64,000 nucleotides of DNA. Source: Caldisericota bacterium. Its GTDB lineage: Bacteria > Caldisericota > Caldisericia > JAAYUI01. Numbering within the stretch: the first letter of the stretch is position 1; every line of letters begins with the position of its first letter. The stretch covers positions 160,001 to 224,000 of the forward strand of contig JAKPMO010000002.1 of assembly GCA_029548865.1 (NCBI GenBank). Reading direction: 5' to 3'. This document shows, one piece after another, positions 1 through 9,234 of the stretch. The notes under the pieces are model-generated. The model had not been told where the DNA came from. It made no database searches and saw only the letters and a program-made list of their open reading frames with translations. A program made the position numbers and the translations under genes.

Positions 1-412
1 TTTCCTCGCCGAAATTCTTGAATGTTACCTTTGATTCCTGGGTTTTTGAGAGCGGAGAAAACTCTTGCCCTATGATTGTTACACAAGACAACACTGAGTG
101 TGTTTTTCCGGAAAGTTCCCGGAGATATTCCTTTGCCTGTTTCTTGTCTGCGGGTTTCCCATAAACCTTTTCGCCAATACATACCACCGTGTCGCAAGCG
201 ATGACAATTTTGTCAGGGTGATTTGCAAATACAGCCAAGGCCTTCTTTTGAGAGTTGTGTTTGATCGTAAATTCCGCGCTGGAGAAATTCTTTTCTTCAA
301 CGTCGGCATTTATTGCAACAAAAGGAACACCAAGCAGTTTTAATAGTTCTATTCTTCTTGGTGACCCTGATGCTAGAATAATCCTAGCTTCTGTAAGATT
401 TTCTTGTGTCAC
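1..412 (-). CDS. maf: Maf family nucleotide pyrophosphatase (3'-truncated by the window edge)
   Basis: Not in the ORF track because it runs off the window. Manual translation from GTG at 412 gives ..RIILASGSPRRIELLKLLG..VIACDTVV..VYGKP..LRELSGKTH, the Maf signature motifs. Confidence 0.85.
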   Translation of the reverse strand, partial: MTQENLTEARIILASGSPRRIELLKLLGVPFVAINADVEEKNFSSAEFTIKHNSQKKALAVFANHPDKIVIACDTVVCIGEKVYGKPADKKQAKEYLRELSGKTHSVLSCVTIIGQEFSPLSKTQESKVTFKNFGEE

Positions 413-1424
413 TTGTGACTATTCCTAACAGCTCCCCACACCTTGTGCATCTTCCCATTGCGGAGAGGTCCTGTTTTATTTTGTATCCCTCGCGCTCTAT
501 TATCAGGGCCTGGCACCTTGGGCAATACGTATTCTCACCCCTCTGGGTGTGGACATTGCCAATGTAAACATAGGAAAGGCCAACTTGTTTGCCTATTTTT
601 TCAGCCATCTCCAGTGAAGGCAAGTTTGTTGGCATGAGGTGTCTGAAACGGAGCGCTGGATAAAACCTTGTTACGTGCCAGGGTACCTTCGGGCCGAGGT
701 TGTCTCTTATCCAGGTAGCTATGGCTCTCAGCTCGCTTTCACTGTCATTGACAGTTGGGATGATGTTGGTCACGCATTCAACGTGCATGCCCCACCTATC
801 CCGTGCCCATACGGTGCCTTCAAGGATTTCTGATGGGTCAACACCCTTGATGCCTATGCGTCCCAGTGTTATGTCGGTCATTCCCTTGATGTCCACTCTG
901 TAGGCATCGCAATATGGCCCGTAATAGTCAATTGATTCCTTGGTCGATGATCCGTTTGTGACAAGGACTGTATAGAGATCGTGCTTTTTTGCCAACTTGA
1001 AAACGTCCCTCACAAACTCTGGCCAAATGGCTGGCTCATTGTATGTGAACGCCATCCCGTCGGCGTTTTTTGCCAAAGCGTCGCTGATCAGTTTTTCGGG
1101 TGATACTGCGTCTTCGTCCCTAAGGCCTGGGACAATGTGGGCTATTTCATAATTCTGGCACATTCCGCAGCCGAAATTACACCCCCACCCACCGATTGAG
1201 TAAACGTGTGATCCAGGGAAAAAATGAAAAAGGGGCTTTTTTTCGATAGGGTCGAGCGCAATTGAGGAGATGTGTCCATAAGTCAGAGAGTAGAGTTTGC
1301 CACCTTCATTTTTCCTTGTTGCGCAGGCGCCTGTCCTGCCAATTGCGATTCTGCACCGCCTTATGCAGGCGGTGCAGACCACAGAATTATCTTTGTCTTC
1401 AAGCCAAAGCTCGCAGAGCTTCAT
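384..1424 (-). CDS. amrS: AmmeMemoRadiSam-system radical SAM enzyme (PFL-activase-like)
   Basis: N-terminal CTACIRRC..GACATR, DPIEKKP, radical SAM motif GCNFGCGMCQN, TYNEP, and C-terminal CPRC/CTRC. Confidence 0.85.
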   Translation of the reverse strand: MKLCELWLEDKDNSVVCTACIRRCRIAIGRTGACATRKNEGGKLYSLTYGHISSIALDPIEKKPLFHFFPGSHVYSIGGWGCNFGCGMCQNYEIAHIVPGLRDEDAVSPEKLISDALAKNADGMAFTYNEPAIWPEFVRDVFKLAKKHDLYTVLVTNGSSTKESIDYYGPYCDAYRVDIKGMTDITLGRIGIKGVDPSEILEGTVWARDRWGMHVECVTNIIPTVNDSESELRAIATWIRDNLGPKVPWHVTRFYPALRFRHLMPTNLPSLEMAEKIGKQVGLSYVYIGNVHTQRGENTYCPRCQALIIEREGYKIKQDLSAMGRCTRCGELLGIVTSDTRKSYRS

Positions 1425-1430
1425 TTTCTC

Positions 1431-2825
1431 CTATTTGACGTTTGCTTTTATATATTCGTCGATTGAACGTGCGGCGATTTTTCCAGCGCCCATTGCCTGT
1501 ATGACGGTTGCAGACCCTGTTACTGCATCTCCGCCACCGAACACACCTGGCATGGTCGTCTGGTACTTGTCGTCAACGATAAGATTGCCATGCTTGGCAG
1601 TTTTCAGTTCCGGGGTTGTTTGGGCTATGAGCGGGTTTGGCGAAGTTCCGAGTGCAATTATGACTGTATCGAGTTCCACGGTGAACTCGGAGCCTGGTAT
1701 CGGCTCCGGGCGGCACCTTCCAGAAGCATCCGGCTCACAGAGCCTCATTTTGACACATTTCATGCCTGTGACTTTGCCTTTTTCGTCAGCAAGGATTTCG
1801 AGTGGGTTTGTGAGCCAGTTGAATTCTACCCCTTCTTCCTGGGCATGGTGGTATTCTTCAACCCTGGCTGTCATTTCGTTGGATGTCCTGCGGTATACAA
1901 TCATTGCTTTTTCAGCACCAAGCCTCAGGGCTGTCCTTACCGAGTCCATTGCAACGTTTCCACAACCTACGACAGCAACCCTTTTGCCCAGCCACACTGG
2001 GGTGTCAAAATTTGGGAATTTGTAGGCTTTCATAAGGTTGACCCTAGTCAGGTACTCATTGGCGGAAAATACCCCGTTAGAATTCTCGCCAGGGATGTTC
2101 AGGAAGGATGGGAGTCCTGCCCCCGACCCTATGAATACTGCCTTGTAGCCTCCATCAAACAGCTCTTTTATGGTGGTAGATTTGCCGATCAGGACATCCA
2201 TTTTTATCTGTACTCCGAGGTTTTTGACGTAATTGACCTCGGTTTCAATAATGTTTCTGGGGAGTCTGAATGGAGGAATCCCGTAAGATAGGACCCCGCC
2301 TGGCTTGTGTAGTGCCTCGAATATAGTCACTTCATAGCCCATCCTGGCGAGATCGGCGGCGCATGTAAGGCTGGATGGACCAGCACCGACAACTGCAACC
2401 TTGAGCCCGTTTTTGACTGGCGCTTCGGGTGCTTTTACGCCATCTCTTATCTCCTGGTCGGCAACAAACCTTTCAAGTTTTCCAATAGAAACAGGATCAC
2501 CCTTCACTCCAAGCGTGCATTTTGCCTCGCACTGGGACTCCTGCGGGCAAACCCTGCCGCAAATGCCTGGGAGGTTGTTCTTTTCCTTGTTCTTGGCGAT
2601 GGCGCCCTTGAAGTCGCCTTCTGATATCAATTTTATAAATTCTGGTATGTAGACCTCAACTGGACAACCAGCTACGCAAGGCCTGTTTTTGCACTGAAGG
2701 CAGCGCTTTGCTTCTTCGATTGCCTGCTCAGCCGTATAGCCAAGGTTTACCTCTTCAAAATTTCTTGCCCTTTCTTTTGGGTCTCTCTCGGACGTTGGCA
2801 CCCTTTTGAAGTTTATTTGTGGCAT
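1431..2825 (-). CDS. nfnB: NfnB / homotetrameric NADPH-dependent glutamate synthase (GltA-type), large subunit of electron-bifurcating transhydrogenase
   Basis: RCLQC..PCVAGCP, GRVCPQESQCE, two GxGxxG-like Rossmann motifs. ATG at 2825 follows SD AAGGAGG. Adjacent to nfnA. Confidence 0.88.
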   Translation of the reverse strand: MPQINFKRVPTSERDPKERARNFEEVNLGYTAEQAIEEAKRCLQCKNRPCVAGCPVEVYIPEFIKLISEGDFKGAIAKNKEKNNLPGICGRVCPQESQCEAKCTLGVKGDPVSIGKLERFVADQEIRDGVKAPEAPVKNGLKVAVVGAGPSSLTCAADLARMGYEVTIFEALHKPGGVLSYGIPPFRLPRNIIETEVNYVKNLGVQIKMDVLIGKSTTIKELFDGGYKAVFIGSGAGLPSFLNIPGENSNGVFSANEYLTRVNLMKAYKFPNFDTPVWLGKRVAVVGCGNVAMDSVRTALRLGAEKAMIVYRRTSNEMTARVEEYHHAQEEGVEFNWLTNPLEILADEKGKVTGMKCVKMRLCEPDASGRCRPEPIPGSEFTVELDTVIIALGTSPNPLIAQTTPELKTAKHGNLIVDDKYQTTMPGVFGGGDAVTGSATVIQAMGAGKIAARSIDEYIKANVK

Positions 2826-3655
2826 TTGCAGCCCTCCTTTTGCCAAAGCCCAAGCGACTGCTGTTCCATCTCCTTGAACATTGCAAGGCGCTTCATCAGA
2901 AGGTCAAAATCAACCTGGTGTCCGTCGAAGTCCGGTCCATCGACGCACCCGAATTTTGTGACCCCGCCAACGCTTACCCTACAAGCTCCACACATACCTG
3001 TTCCATCGACCATGATGGGGTTTAGTGAAACATAGGTTTTGACTTCATAAGGTTTTGTTGCTTTTGCAACTTCGCGCATCATGATCACTGGGCCAACGCT
3101 GAATACCACGTCTGCCTTGTCGACACCCTGCAAAAGCTCGGCCAGCGGCCCTGTTACGAGGCCTTTCTTGCCGTACGAGCCATCGTCTGTTGTGACGATG
3201 AGTTCATGTGATGCGGCCCTCATTTCGTCCTCAAAGAATACAAGGTCTTTGCATCTTGAGCCAATGATTGATGTGACCTGGACACCCATGGCCTTGAGTT
3301 CTTTTGCGATTGGGTGGATGCAGGCTATACCAACGCCACCGCCAACGCAAATAGCCTTTTTGAATCCGTCCAGATGGGTTGGAGTGCCAAGAGGACCAAT
3401 AATGTCCGTTATGGCATCACCCTTTTCAAAACAGTGCAGTCTGTTTGTGGTTGTCCCGATTGCCTGGACGACTATTTTGATTCGCCCAGTCTTTGGGTCC
3501 GTGTCGGCAAGAGTTATTGGTATTCTCTCGCCTTCTTCGTCGAGCCTCAGTATCACAAATTGTCCCGGCCTGGCTTTTTTCGCGACAAGCGGAGCCTCGA
3601 AGACGTATTCACAAATTTTGTCTGCAAGGTCCCTTTTCTCAAGAATGGTAAACAA
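2813..3655 (-). CDS. nfnA: NfnA, FAD/NAD-binding [2Fe-2S] small subunit (PyrK-like)
   Basis: PGQFVIL, ERIPITLAD, GGGVG, MVDGTGMCGAC..CVDGPDF. TTG start at 3655 after AAAGGGGG. Confidence 0.88.
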   Translation of the reverse strand: MFTILEKRDLADKICEYVFEAPLVAKKARPGQFVILRLDEEGERIPITLADTDPKTGRIKIVVQAIGTTTNRLHCFEKGDAITDIIGPLGTPTHLDGFKKAICVGGGVGIACIHPIAKELKAMGVQVTSIIGSRCKDLVFFEDEMRAASHELIVTTDDGSYGKKGLVTGPLAELLQGVDKADVVFSVGPVIMMREVAKATKPYEVKTYVSLNPIMVDGTGMCGACRVSVGGVTKFGCVDGPDFDGHQVDFDLLMKRLAMFKEMEQQSLGLWQKEGCKCHK

Positions 3656-3692
3656 CGCACACCCCCTTTGGTTTTGTTTACAACCGGAAGTA

Positions 3693-3721
3693 AGTATAGA
3701 TTTTGGCGGGTTTATTGTCCA
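3693..3721 (-). promoter_or_regulatory. Putative sigma70 promoter of the nfnAB-amrS-maf operon
   Basis: Minus-strand TGGACA-N17-TATACT upstream of nfnA. Confidence 0.55.
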
Positions 3722-3794
3722 GTATGAAGCACCCAAAAAATGGCCTGCCAATTCGTGCAAGAATTTTAAACTACGGGGCGTTATAATCCCTTTC

Positions 3795-5468
3795 ATGAAG
3801 AAGTTTTTTATTTTAACACTGGCCTTGCTGATTGTTTTGCCATTACTGCCAGATGGTTTTGGCACTTTGGCTCAGGAAGTTTCCGACTTAAAGTTAATTG
3901 TTGTCGCAGCTGACTTTTCTGATGCTCCGCACAAAAGTGAATTTTCAAATATGTGCGATGAGCTTTTCTCAGAGAGTGGCCAGAGCCTTAACAGGTTTTA
4001 TAAAGAGGTATCATCCGGCACCATAAAGGTTTCGCAGGGGTCTTTTCTTAAGGGTGGCTGGGTAAGGATGCCTAAGCCAATAACATATTACGCGCAGGAC
4101 AACGAGGAATCTTTTGACATCAGATGCCATGAGATGATTGACACATTGATGCACGAAGCTGCAAAAAGTGGGCTTGATTTTGATGAATATATCAAGAGCT
4201 GGTCGCAACCCCCGTGTGTTTGTATTGTTGTGTCAGGTGGGTGTGAAGGATATACCAATTTCCCAAAAAATGACGGTTTCTGGCCGCACATGTCCATGAG
4301 TTCCGTGACCATAGATGGGAAGACAATAGAATTTCTTTACGTCCTTGTTTGTGAAGAGCAATCGGTCAACAGCACTGCAAGCCAGGTCATGGCGCATGAA
4401 TTTGGTCACATAATGGGTTTGGCGGACCTTTATGACTACGATTGCGGAGGGCCTTTCAAGGAAGGTGATTGCGGCTACCCGGTGACCTGTTTTGATATCA
4501 TGGCCGCCAGGCACAAAGGACTTGGGATGAGCGGTTTCCACAGAGAAAGAATGGGTTTCCTCCGCCCCATTGTTGTTGGCCAAAGCGGTGAATACGACAT
4601 TCCACCGATAACCACCAACGCAAATGGGAGCTACCTTGTCGTTCCTATTGAAGGAACCAAGGAATATCTTGCGCTGGAATACAGGAAGAAAGAAGGCACA
4701 GACGCTTTCTGGGGTGGAATACCGTCCGAGGGCCTCTTGGTTTACAAAATTGATGATTCAGTTACTTACAGGCATCGCTTCAACAGTGGCGACAAAAACA
4801 ACCATTATGCAGTCGAAATCTTGAATCCTGGCAAAACAGAATGGCATGAAAATGCTTGCTACTCAATTGAATCTGGCCATACGGTCGCTTCTCCAAAAAC
4901 TGATCCTTCAACGCTCCCTTTTGACAAAAACTATACAAAAATTGTAACAGTTGAGGTTCTTTCAAAGCTCGGTCCCACATTGAAGGTCAGAATAACAATA
5001 ACACCAAAAGAAAACGTCTTTTTCTCTATGGACAAGAACTGGGCGGTGACTGGGGATTTGCATAAGACATGCCTTAGGGTTAGAATGTTCAATAAAGGAA
5101 GCAATCCAGTGATGCTCGATTGTGATCCCCAGGTTTTCGGGGAGAAAAGTGTCAAGCTAAATCCTGATGAGGGCAAAGACATTTCGCTGGTTCTTTCTTA
5201 TCCAAAAGACAAATTGGGGGAGAGACTTGTTGAAAAAAGTGTCTCTGTGGAATCTGAGAACCAAACCTTTTTCTTTAAGGTATTTCTGAGGAATGCTTAT
5301 TTTATCATGGATTACAACTCCAATGGCGTAATTGAGGAGGAAGATCTGTTGAAGATTTTTTCTAGCCTTAGCACTAAAGAGATGAAATATGATCTGGATG
5401 GAGATGGCGCCGTTGGTTATGGGGATTTTATAGTGGCCTCCAGATATATTGGGGTTAAGTATAAATGA
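3795..5468 (+). CDS. Secreted M6-family (immune inhibitor A-like) zinc metalloprotease with C-terminal dockerin-like module
   Basis: Signal peptide MKKFFILTLALL, HEFGHIMGLADLYD zincin motif, EYR..GLLVY. C-terminal duplicated Ca-binding loops DYNSNGVIEEED and DLDGDGAVGYGD. Confidence 0.8.
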   Translation: MKKFFILTLALLIVLPLLPDGFGTLAQEVSDLKLIVVAADFSDAPHKSEFSNMCDELFSESGQSLNRFYKEVSSGTIKVSQGSFLKGGWVRMPKPITYYAQDNEESFDIRCHEMIDTLMHEAAKSGLDFDEYIKSWSQPPCVCIVVSGGCEGYTNFPKNDGFWPHMSMSSVTIDGKTIEFLYVLVCEEQSVNSTASQVMAHEFGHIMGLADLYDYDCGGPFKEGDCGYPVTCFDIMAARHKGLGMSGFHRERMGFLRPIVVGQSGEYDIPPITTNANGSYLVVPIEGTKEYLALEYRKKEGTDAFWGGIPSEGLLVYKIDDSVTYRHRFNSGDKNNHYAVEILNPGKTEWHENACYSIESGHTVASPKTDPSTLPFDKNYTKIVTVEVLSKLGPTLKVRITITPKENVFFSMDKNWAVTGDLHKTCLRVRMFNKGSNPVMLDCDPQVFGEKSVKLNPDEGKDISLVLSYPKDKLGERLVEKSVSVESENQTFFFKVFLRNAYFIMDYNSNGVIEEEDLLKIFSSLSTKEMKYDLDGDGAVGYGDFIVASRYIGVKYK

Positions 5469-6325
5469 AGAAGATTGGAACAATCTTCTTGGCACTTTTG
5501 ATAACTTTTCTCCCCAGTACGTTTGCGCAGGTGGGTGAGAAAACAATAGATTCTGAGCTGGTTCTCGTCTCCCCAGGAATGGTTGTTGATTGGCATTTTG
5601 AGGACAAAGTACTGCTTGACGGTCTTTACAGGGGAATGCTGGAACCAGATGAAACGACTTCAGAGCATGTCTGGGCAGGGCAGGGGTGCATTAACGACTA
5701 TTGCTTCTCTGAAGAGGGCGGATCGCCAGACCCTGTCATCCAGGGTTCATCCCTGCGTTGTCAGATGAGGTTTTTTGTTCCAAGCGATTTTTCTGGTGAA
5801 GATCCGGTCTCGGCAAGGCTTAGGATAATGGATCCATCTGGCCAGGATTTTGGCAATGGAATGCTTTACATGATGCTTGTAAAACCCGTCAAAGCATATT
5901 TCGTTGCTGGTGAAAAGCCTGTTCTTGTAAGAGAAATTGAGATGGATGGCTGTACTCCTGGCAAAACACTTTCAGAAAAGACATTAACAGCCAAAACAGC
6001 ACCAACAATTGTTTCTGGAAACATGATGATTCCCTTCAGACTCCTTGGCGAAATCATTGGTGCGGAGGTTGGCTGGAATAATTCAATTGGAGAGGCTTCA
6101 TATATCATGGGGCCCAAAAAAGTGCTTTTAAAAAAGGGAATTGACAAGGCAAGACTCGTTTACCCAAATCTTGAGAAGACCCTTGCAATGAGCACCGCTC
6201 CAGTTAATATAAAAGGGAACATAATGGTTCCTCTCAGATTTGTTTCAACGGCACTTGGCGGAAGTGTTGAATGGGACCAGTTCACAAACACCGCAATAGT
6301 TACCTTCCCGGGCTGTTCCAACTGA
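5465..6325 (+). CDS. Secreted protein with C-terminal copper amine oxidase N-terminal (stalk) domain
   Basis: Signal peptide, APTIVSGNMMIPFR..GAEVGW and APVNIKGNIMVPLRFVSTALGGSVEW repeats. ATGA overlap with the protease gene. Confidence 0.75.
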   Translation: MKKIGTIFLALLITFLPSTFAQVGEKTIDSELVLVSPGMVVDWHFEDKVLLDGLYRGMLEPDETTSEHVWAGQGCINDYCFSEEGGSPDPVIQGSSLRCQMRFFVPSDFSGEDPVSARLRIMDPSGQDFGNGMLYMMLVKPVKAYFVAGEKPVLVREIEMDGCTPGKTLSEKTLTAKTAPTIVSGNMMIPFRLLGEIIGAEVGWNNSIGEASYIMGPKKVLLKKGIDKARLVYPNLEKTLAMSTAPVNIKGNIMVPLRFVSTALGGSVEWDQFTNTAIVTFPGCSN

Positions 6326-6448
6326 TACTACAATTATAATTGGCAGGGAGTCATCTTGCACCGGATTCCCTATTGTGTAATAATTTGGTGTTATTTTTTT
6401 AACAATAAAAAAGCCTAGCGTGCGCCAGGCCATCTTTCAGGGGGAAGA

Positions 6449-6868
6449 ATGACCAGAAGAGATTATGGTTTGTCCGACAACATGAGACTTACGAAACAAA
6501 GAAGGGTGATTCTGGATATATTAAGAAACACTGATACTCATCCAACTGCTGATTGGGTTTATGCGAAAGCTCGAAGACAAATCAAAAACCTGAGCCTCGG
6601 TACCGTTTACAGGAACCTGGGCATTCTTACCAGAGAAGGTCTTGTCCAAAAACTTGAACTTGGGTTTGGCCAGGCCAGATATGATGGAAGGACTGATGGC
6701 CATATCCATATAGTGTGTGATAAGTGTGGTGTAATAAAGGAAATGATGCAACCCGAGAAGTTTGCCGAAATAAATGAAATACAGGACAAATCAGGTTTCC
6801 AGATCAACCATGTTGCCATGGAGATACATGGCATTTGCCCGAAGTGTAAGACTGACGGAAAGGAGTGA
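6449..6868 (+). CDS. Fur/PerR family transcriptional regulator
   Basis: RLTKQRRVIL, HPTADWVY, SLGTVYRNL, ARYD..HIH, CDKC and CPKC Zn motifs. Confidence 0.9.
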   Translation: MTRRDYGLSDNMRLTKQRRVILDILRNTDTHPTADWVYAKARRQIKNLSLGTVYRNLGILTREGLVQKLELGFGQARYDGRTDGHIHIVCDKCGVIKEMMQPEKFAEINEIQDKSGFQINHVAMEIHGICPKCKTDGKE

Positions 6869-6873
6869 TCCAC

Positions 6874-9126
6874 ATGCAGGAACCAAAAATCTCCGATAAC
6901 GCCAAGGTTGTCCTTGAAAAACGCTATCTGGCAAAAGATATGGATGGCAAAGTTATCGAAACACCACTTGGCATGCTCCAGAGGGTGGCCAGGGCCATAG
7001 CCGATGGAGATAGGGCCCATGGTGCAACTCCTGAACAGGTTGAGGAAACATATAAATCATTCCTTGAGATGATGGTGAATCTTGAGTTTTTGCCCAACTC
7101 GCCAACACTCATGAATGCTGGCAGAGAATTGGGCCAGCTTTCCGCGTGCTTTGTTTTGCCGGTTGAGGATTCGATAGAATCAATCTTCGAGGCTATCAAG
7201 CATACTGCCATGATCCACAAATCAGGTGGTGGTACTGGATTTTCCTTCTCAAGGCTCAGGCCGAAAAATGACATCGTGAAATCAACAAACGGTGTCTCAT
7301 CGGGACCAGTATCTTTTCTGAAGGTCTTTGATGCTGCCACCGAGGCGATAAAACAGGGTGGAACACGCAGGGGCGCCAACATGGGCATCCTGAGGATTGA
7401 CCATCCTGACATCCTCGAGTTCATCAAATGTAAGTCCGAAGATAAAACAATAAGCAATTTCAACATATCGGTTGGCATCACCGAGGATTTCATGAGGGCG
7501 GTGGATGCTGACGAAGAATACCCATTATTAAACCCAAGGGGCAAAGCTGTTGTTGAGAGGCTTAGGGCAAAAGAGGTTTTTGACCTCATAGTTGATATGG
7601 CATGGAAAAATGGTGAGCCAGGAATAATCTTCCTTGACAGGCTCAACAAGGACAACCCAACGCCAACATTGGGTGAAATAGAGTCCACGAACCCCTGCGG
7701 TGAACAACCTTTGCTTCCTTATGAGGCATGCAATCTTGGTTCCCTCAATCTTGCCACTGTCGTGATTGATGGGCAAATCGACTGGGACAAGCTGGCAAAA
7801 CTCATCAAGAAGTCTGTGCACTTCCTCGACAATGTTATCGATGTAAACAGGTATCCGCTTGAGTCGATAACAAAAATGTGCCGTGAAAACCGCAAGATTG
7901 GCCTTGGGGTGATGGGGTTTGCTGACATGCTCTTCCTGCTTGGCATATCATATAACTCGCAGGAAGCGGTTGATCTGGCAAACAAGATCATGGCATTTGT
8001 GCAAGACAAAGGCAGGGAAGCTTCAAGAGAGCTTGCCGAAACCAGAGGCCCTTTCCCCAATTTCCATATCTCAACATACGCGCAAGGCGACGAACCACCA
8101 GTTAGAAATGCCACAATAACTACCATTGCCCCAACTGGGACCATAAGCATGATAGCCGGGGTTTCTTCAGGAATAGAGCCGGTTTTTGCCATCTCCTATG
8201 TCCGCAACATCATGGATGGCAAGCAATTCTTTGAAACCAATACAATTTTCCAGCAAGAGCTTGAAAAGAGGGGCCTTGTCTCTGATGAACTGCTTGCACA
8301 AATATCTTCCGAGGGCACCATCGCCCACATTGACCAACTCCCACCGGACATCAAGAGAGTATTTGTTTGTGCCCATGACATCTCGCCGTACTGGCACGTC
8401 AGGATGCAGGCCGCTTTCCAGATGGCAACAGACAATGCAGTTTCAAAGACAGTCAACTTCCCCAACAATGCCACCAGGGAAGATGTAAAAGAAGTTTTTG
8501 TCCTTGCATACAAACTTGGCTGCAAGGGAGTAACTATATATCGCGATGGTTCAAGATCGGAACAGGTCTTGAGCATCAAGGAAGTAAACAAGGAAGCAAA
8601 GGCCGAAAATGTTGAAACAGGGCCAATTGCTCCAAGGGAACGCCCTGAAATGACGAAGGGTGTCACCTTCAGAATAAGAACTGGTTGCGGAAATCTTTTT
8701 GTAACAATAAATCATGATGAAAAGGGAATTTGTGAAGTATTTGCAACGATGGGCAAGTCTGGTGGTTGTGCCGCGGCGCAGTCAGACGGAATAGCAAGGC
8801 TCATTTCGCTTGCCCTGAGGGCAGGTGTTGATACGAAAGCAGTCATCGGACAGATAAGGGGACTCAGGTGCCCATCTCCAACTTGGGGCCAGAATGGTGC
8901 CGTTCTTTCCTGTCCAGATGCCATCTCACAGGCCCTTGAGCGGGTTTTGTCCTGGGAGACACTTGATTTTGGAGGCAATTCAGAACCCCCAAAAAATGGC
9001 CACTCCACTTCGCTTTCGGGCAATATTCTTGGCTTAAATCCTCAATGTCCTGATTGCGGGGCCATGCTTGAGTTTGCCGAAGGGTGCGTGATCTGCAAGT
9101 CTTGCGGATACAGCAAGTGTGGATGA
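6874..9126 (+). CDS. nrdJ: Class II adenosylcobalamin-dependent ribonucleotide reductase with C-terminal TSCPD/Zn-ribbon domain
   Basis: FLPNSPTLMNAG, LSACFV, GGTRRGANM, TNPCGE, TIAPTGT, SCPD, C-terminal CPDC..CKSCGYSKC. SD AGGAG before ATG 6874. Confidence 0.95.
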   Translation: MQEPKISDNAKVVLEKRYLAKDMDGKVIETPLGMLQRVARAIADGDRAHGATPEQVEETYKSFLEMMVNLEFLPNSPTLMNAGRELGQLSACFVLPVEDSIESIFEAIKHTAMIHKSGGGTGFSFSRLRPKNDIVKSTNGVSSGPVSFLKVFDAATEAIKQGGTRRGANMGILRIDHPDILEFIKCKSEDKTISNFNISVGITEDFMRAVDADEEYPLLNPRGKAVVERLRAKEVFDLIVDMAWKNGEPGIIFLDRLNKDNPTPTLGEIESTNPCGEQPLLPYEACNLGSLNLATVVIDGQIDWDKLAKLIKKSVHFLDNVIDVNRYPLESITKMCRENRKIGLGVMGFADMLFLLGISYNSQEAVDLANKIMAFVQDKGREASRELAETRGPFPNFHISTYAQGDEPPVRNATITTIAPTGTISMIAGVSSGIEPVFAISYVRNIMDGKQFFETNTIFQQELEKRGLVSDELLAQISSEGTIAHIDQLPPDIKRVFVCAHDISPYWHVRMQAAFQMATDNAVSKTVNFPNNATREDVKEVFVLAYKLGCKGVTIYRDGSRSEQVLSIKEVNKEAKAENVETGPIAPRERPEMTKGVTFRIRTGCGNLFVTINHDEKGICEVFATMGKSGGCAAAQSDGIARLISLALRAGVDTKAVIGQIRGLRCPSPTWGQNGAVLSCPDAISQALERVLSWETLDFGGNSEPPKNGHSTSLSGNILGLNPQCPDCGAMLEFAEGCVICKSCGYSKCG

Positions 9127-9148
9127 TCGCTCTTGCCACTAATTTTCT

Positions 9149-9178
9149 AAAAGCCCACTTTGCTGGTGGGCTTTTTTT
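9149..9178 (+). terminator. Rho-independent terminator after nrdJ
   Basis: AAAAGCCCAC-loop-GTGGGCTTTTTTT. Confidence 0.8.
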
Positions 9179-9234
9179 GTTTCTACAGACAATTACGTTA
9201 TGACTCTCGTAACAGATGGAAAAGGAGGCTGCAA

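Noticed and set aside
3081..3794. 238-codon N-terminal extension of the 795-aa ORF, and the reciprocal extension of nfnA to 3865
   Set aside because: These are antisense shadows of the divergent genes. The signal peptide starts at ATG 3795 and nfnA has an SD before TTG 3655.
6340..6448. Possible cobalamin riboswitch upstream of fur-nrdJ (GGGAGTC/GATTCCC hairpin, GCCA..GGGAAG)
   Set aside because: Too short and lacks the B12 box and core junction. An Infernal search with the Rfam cobalamin models would settle it.
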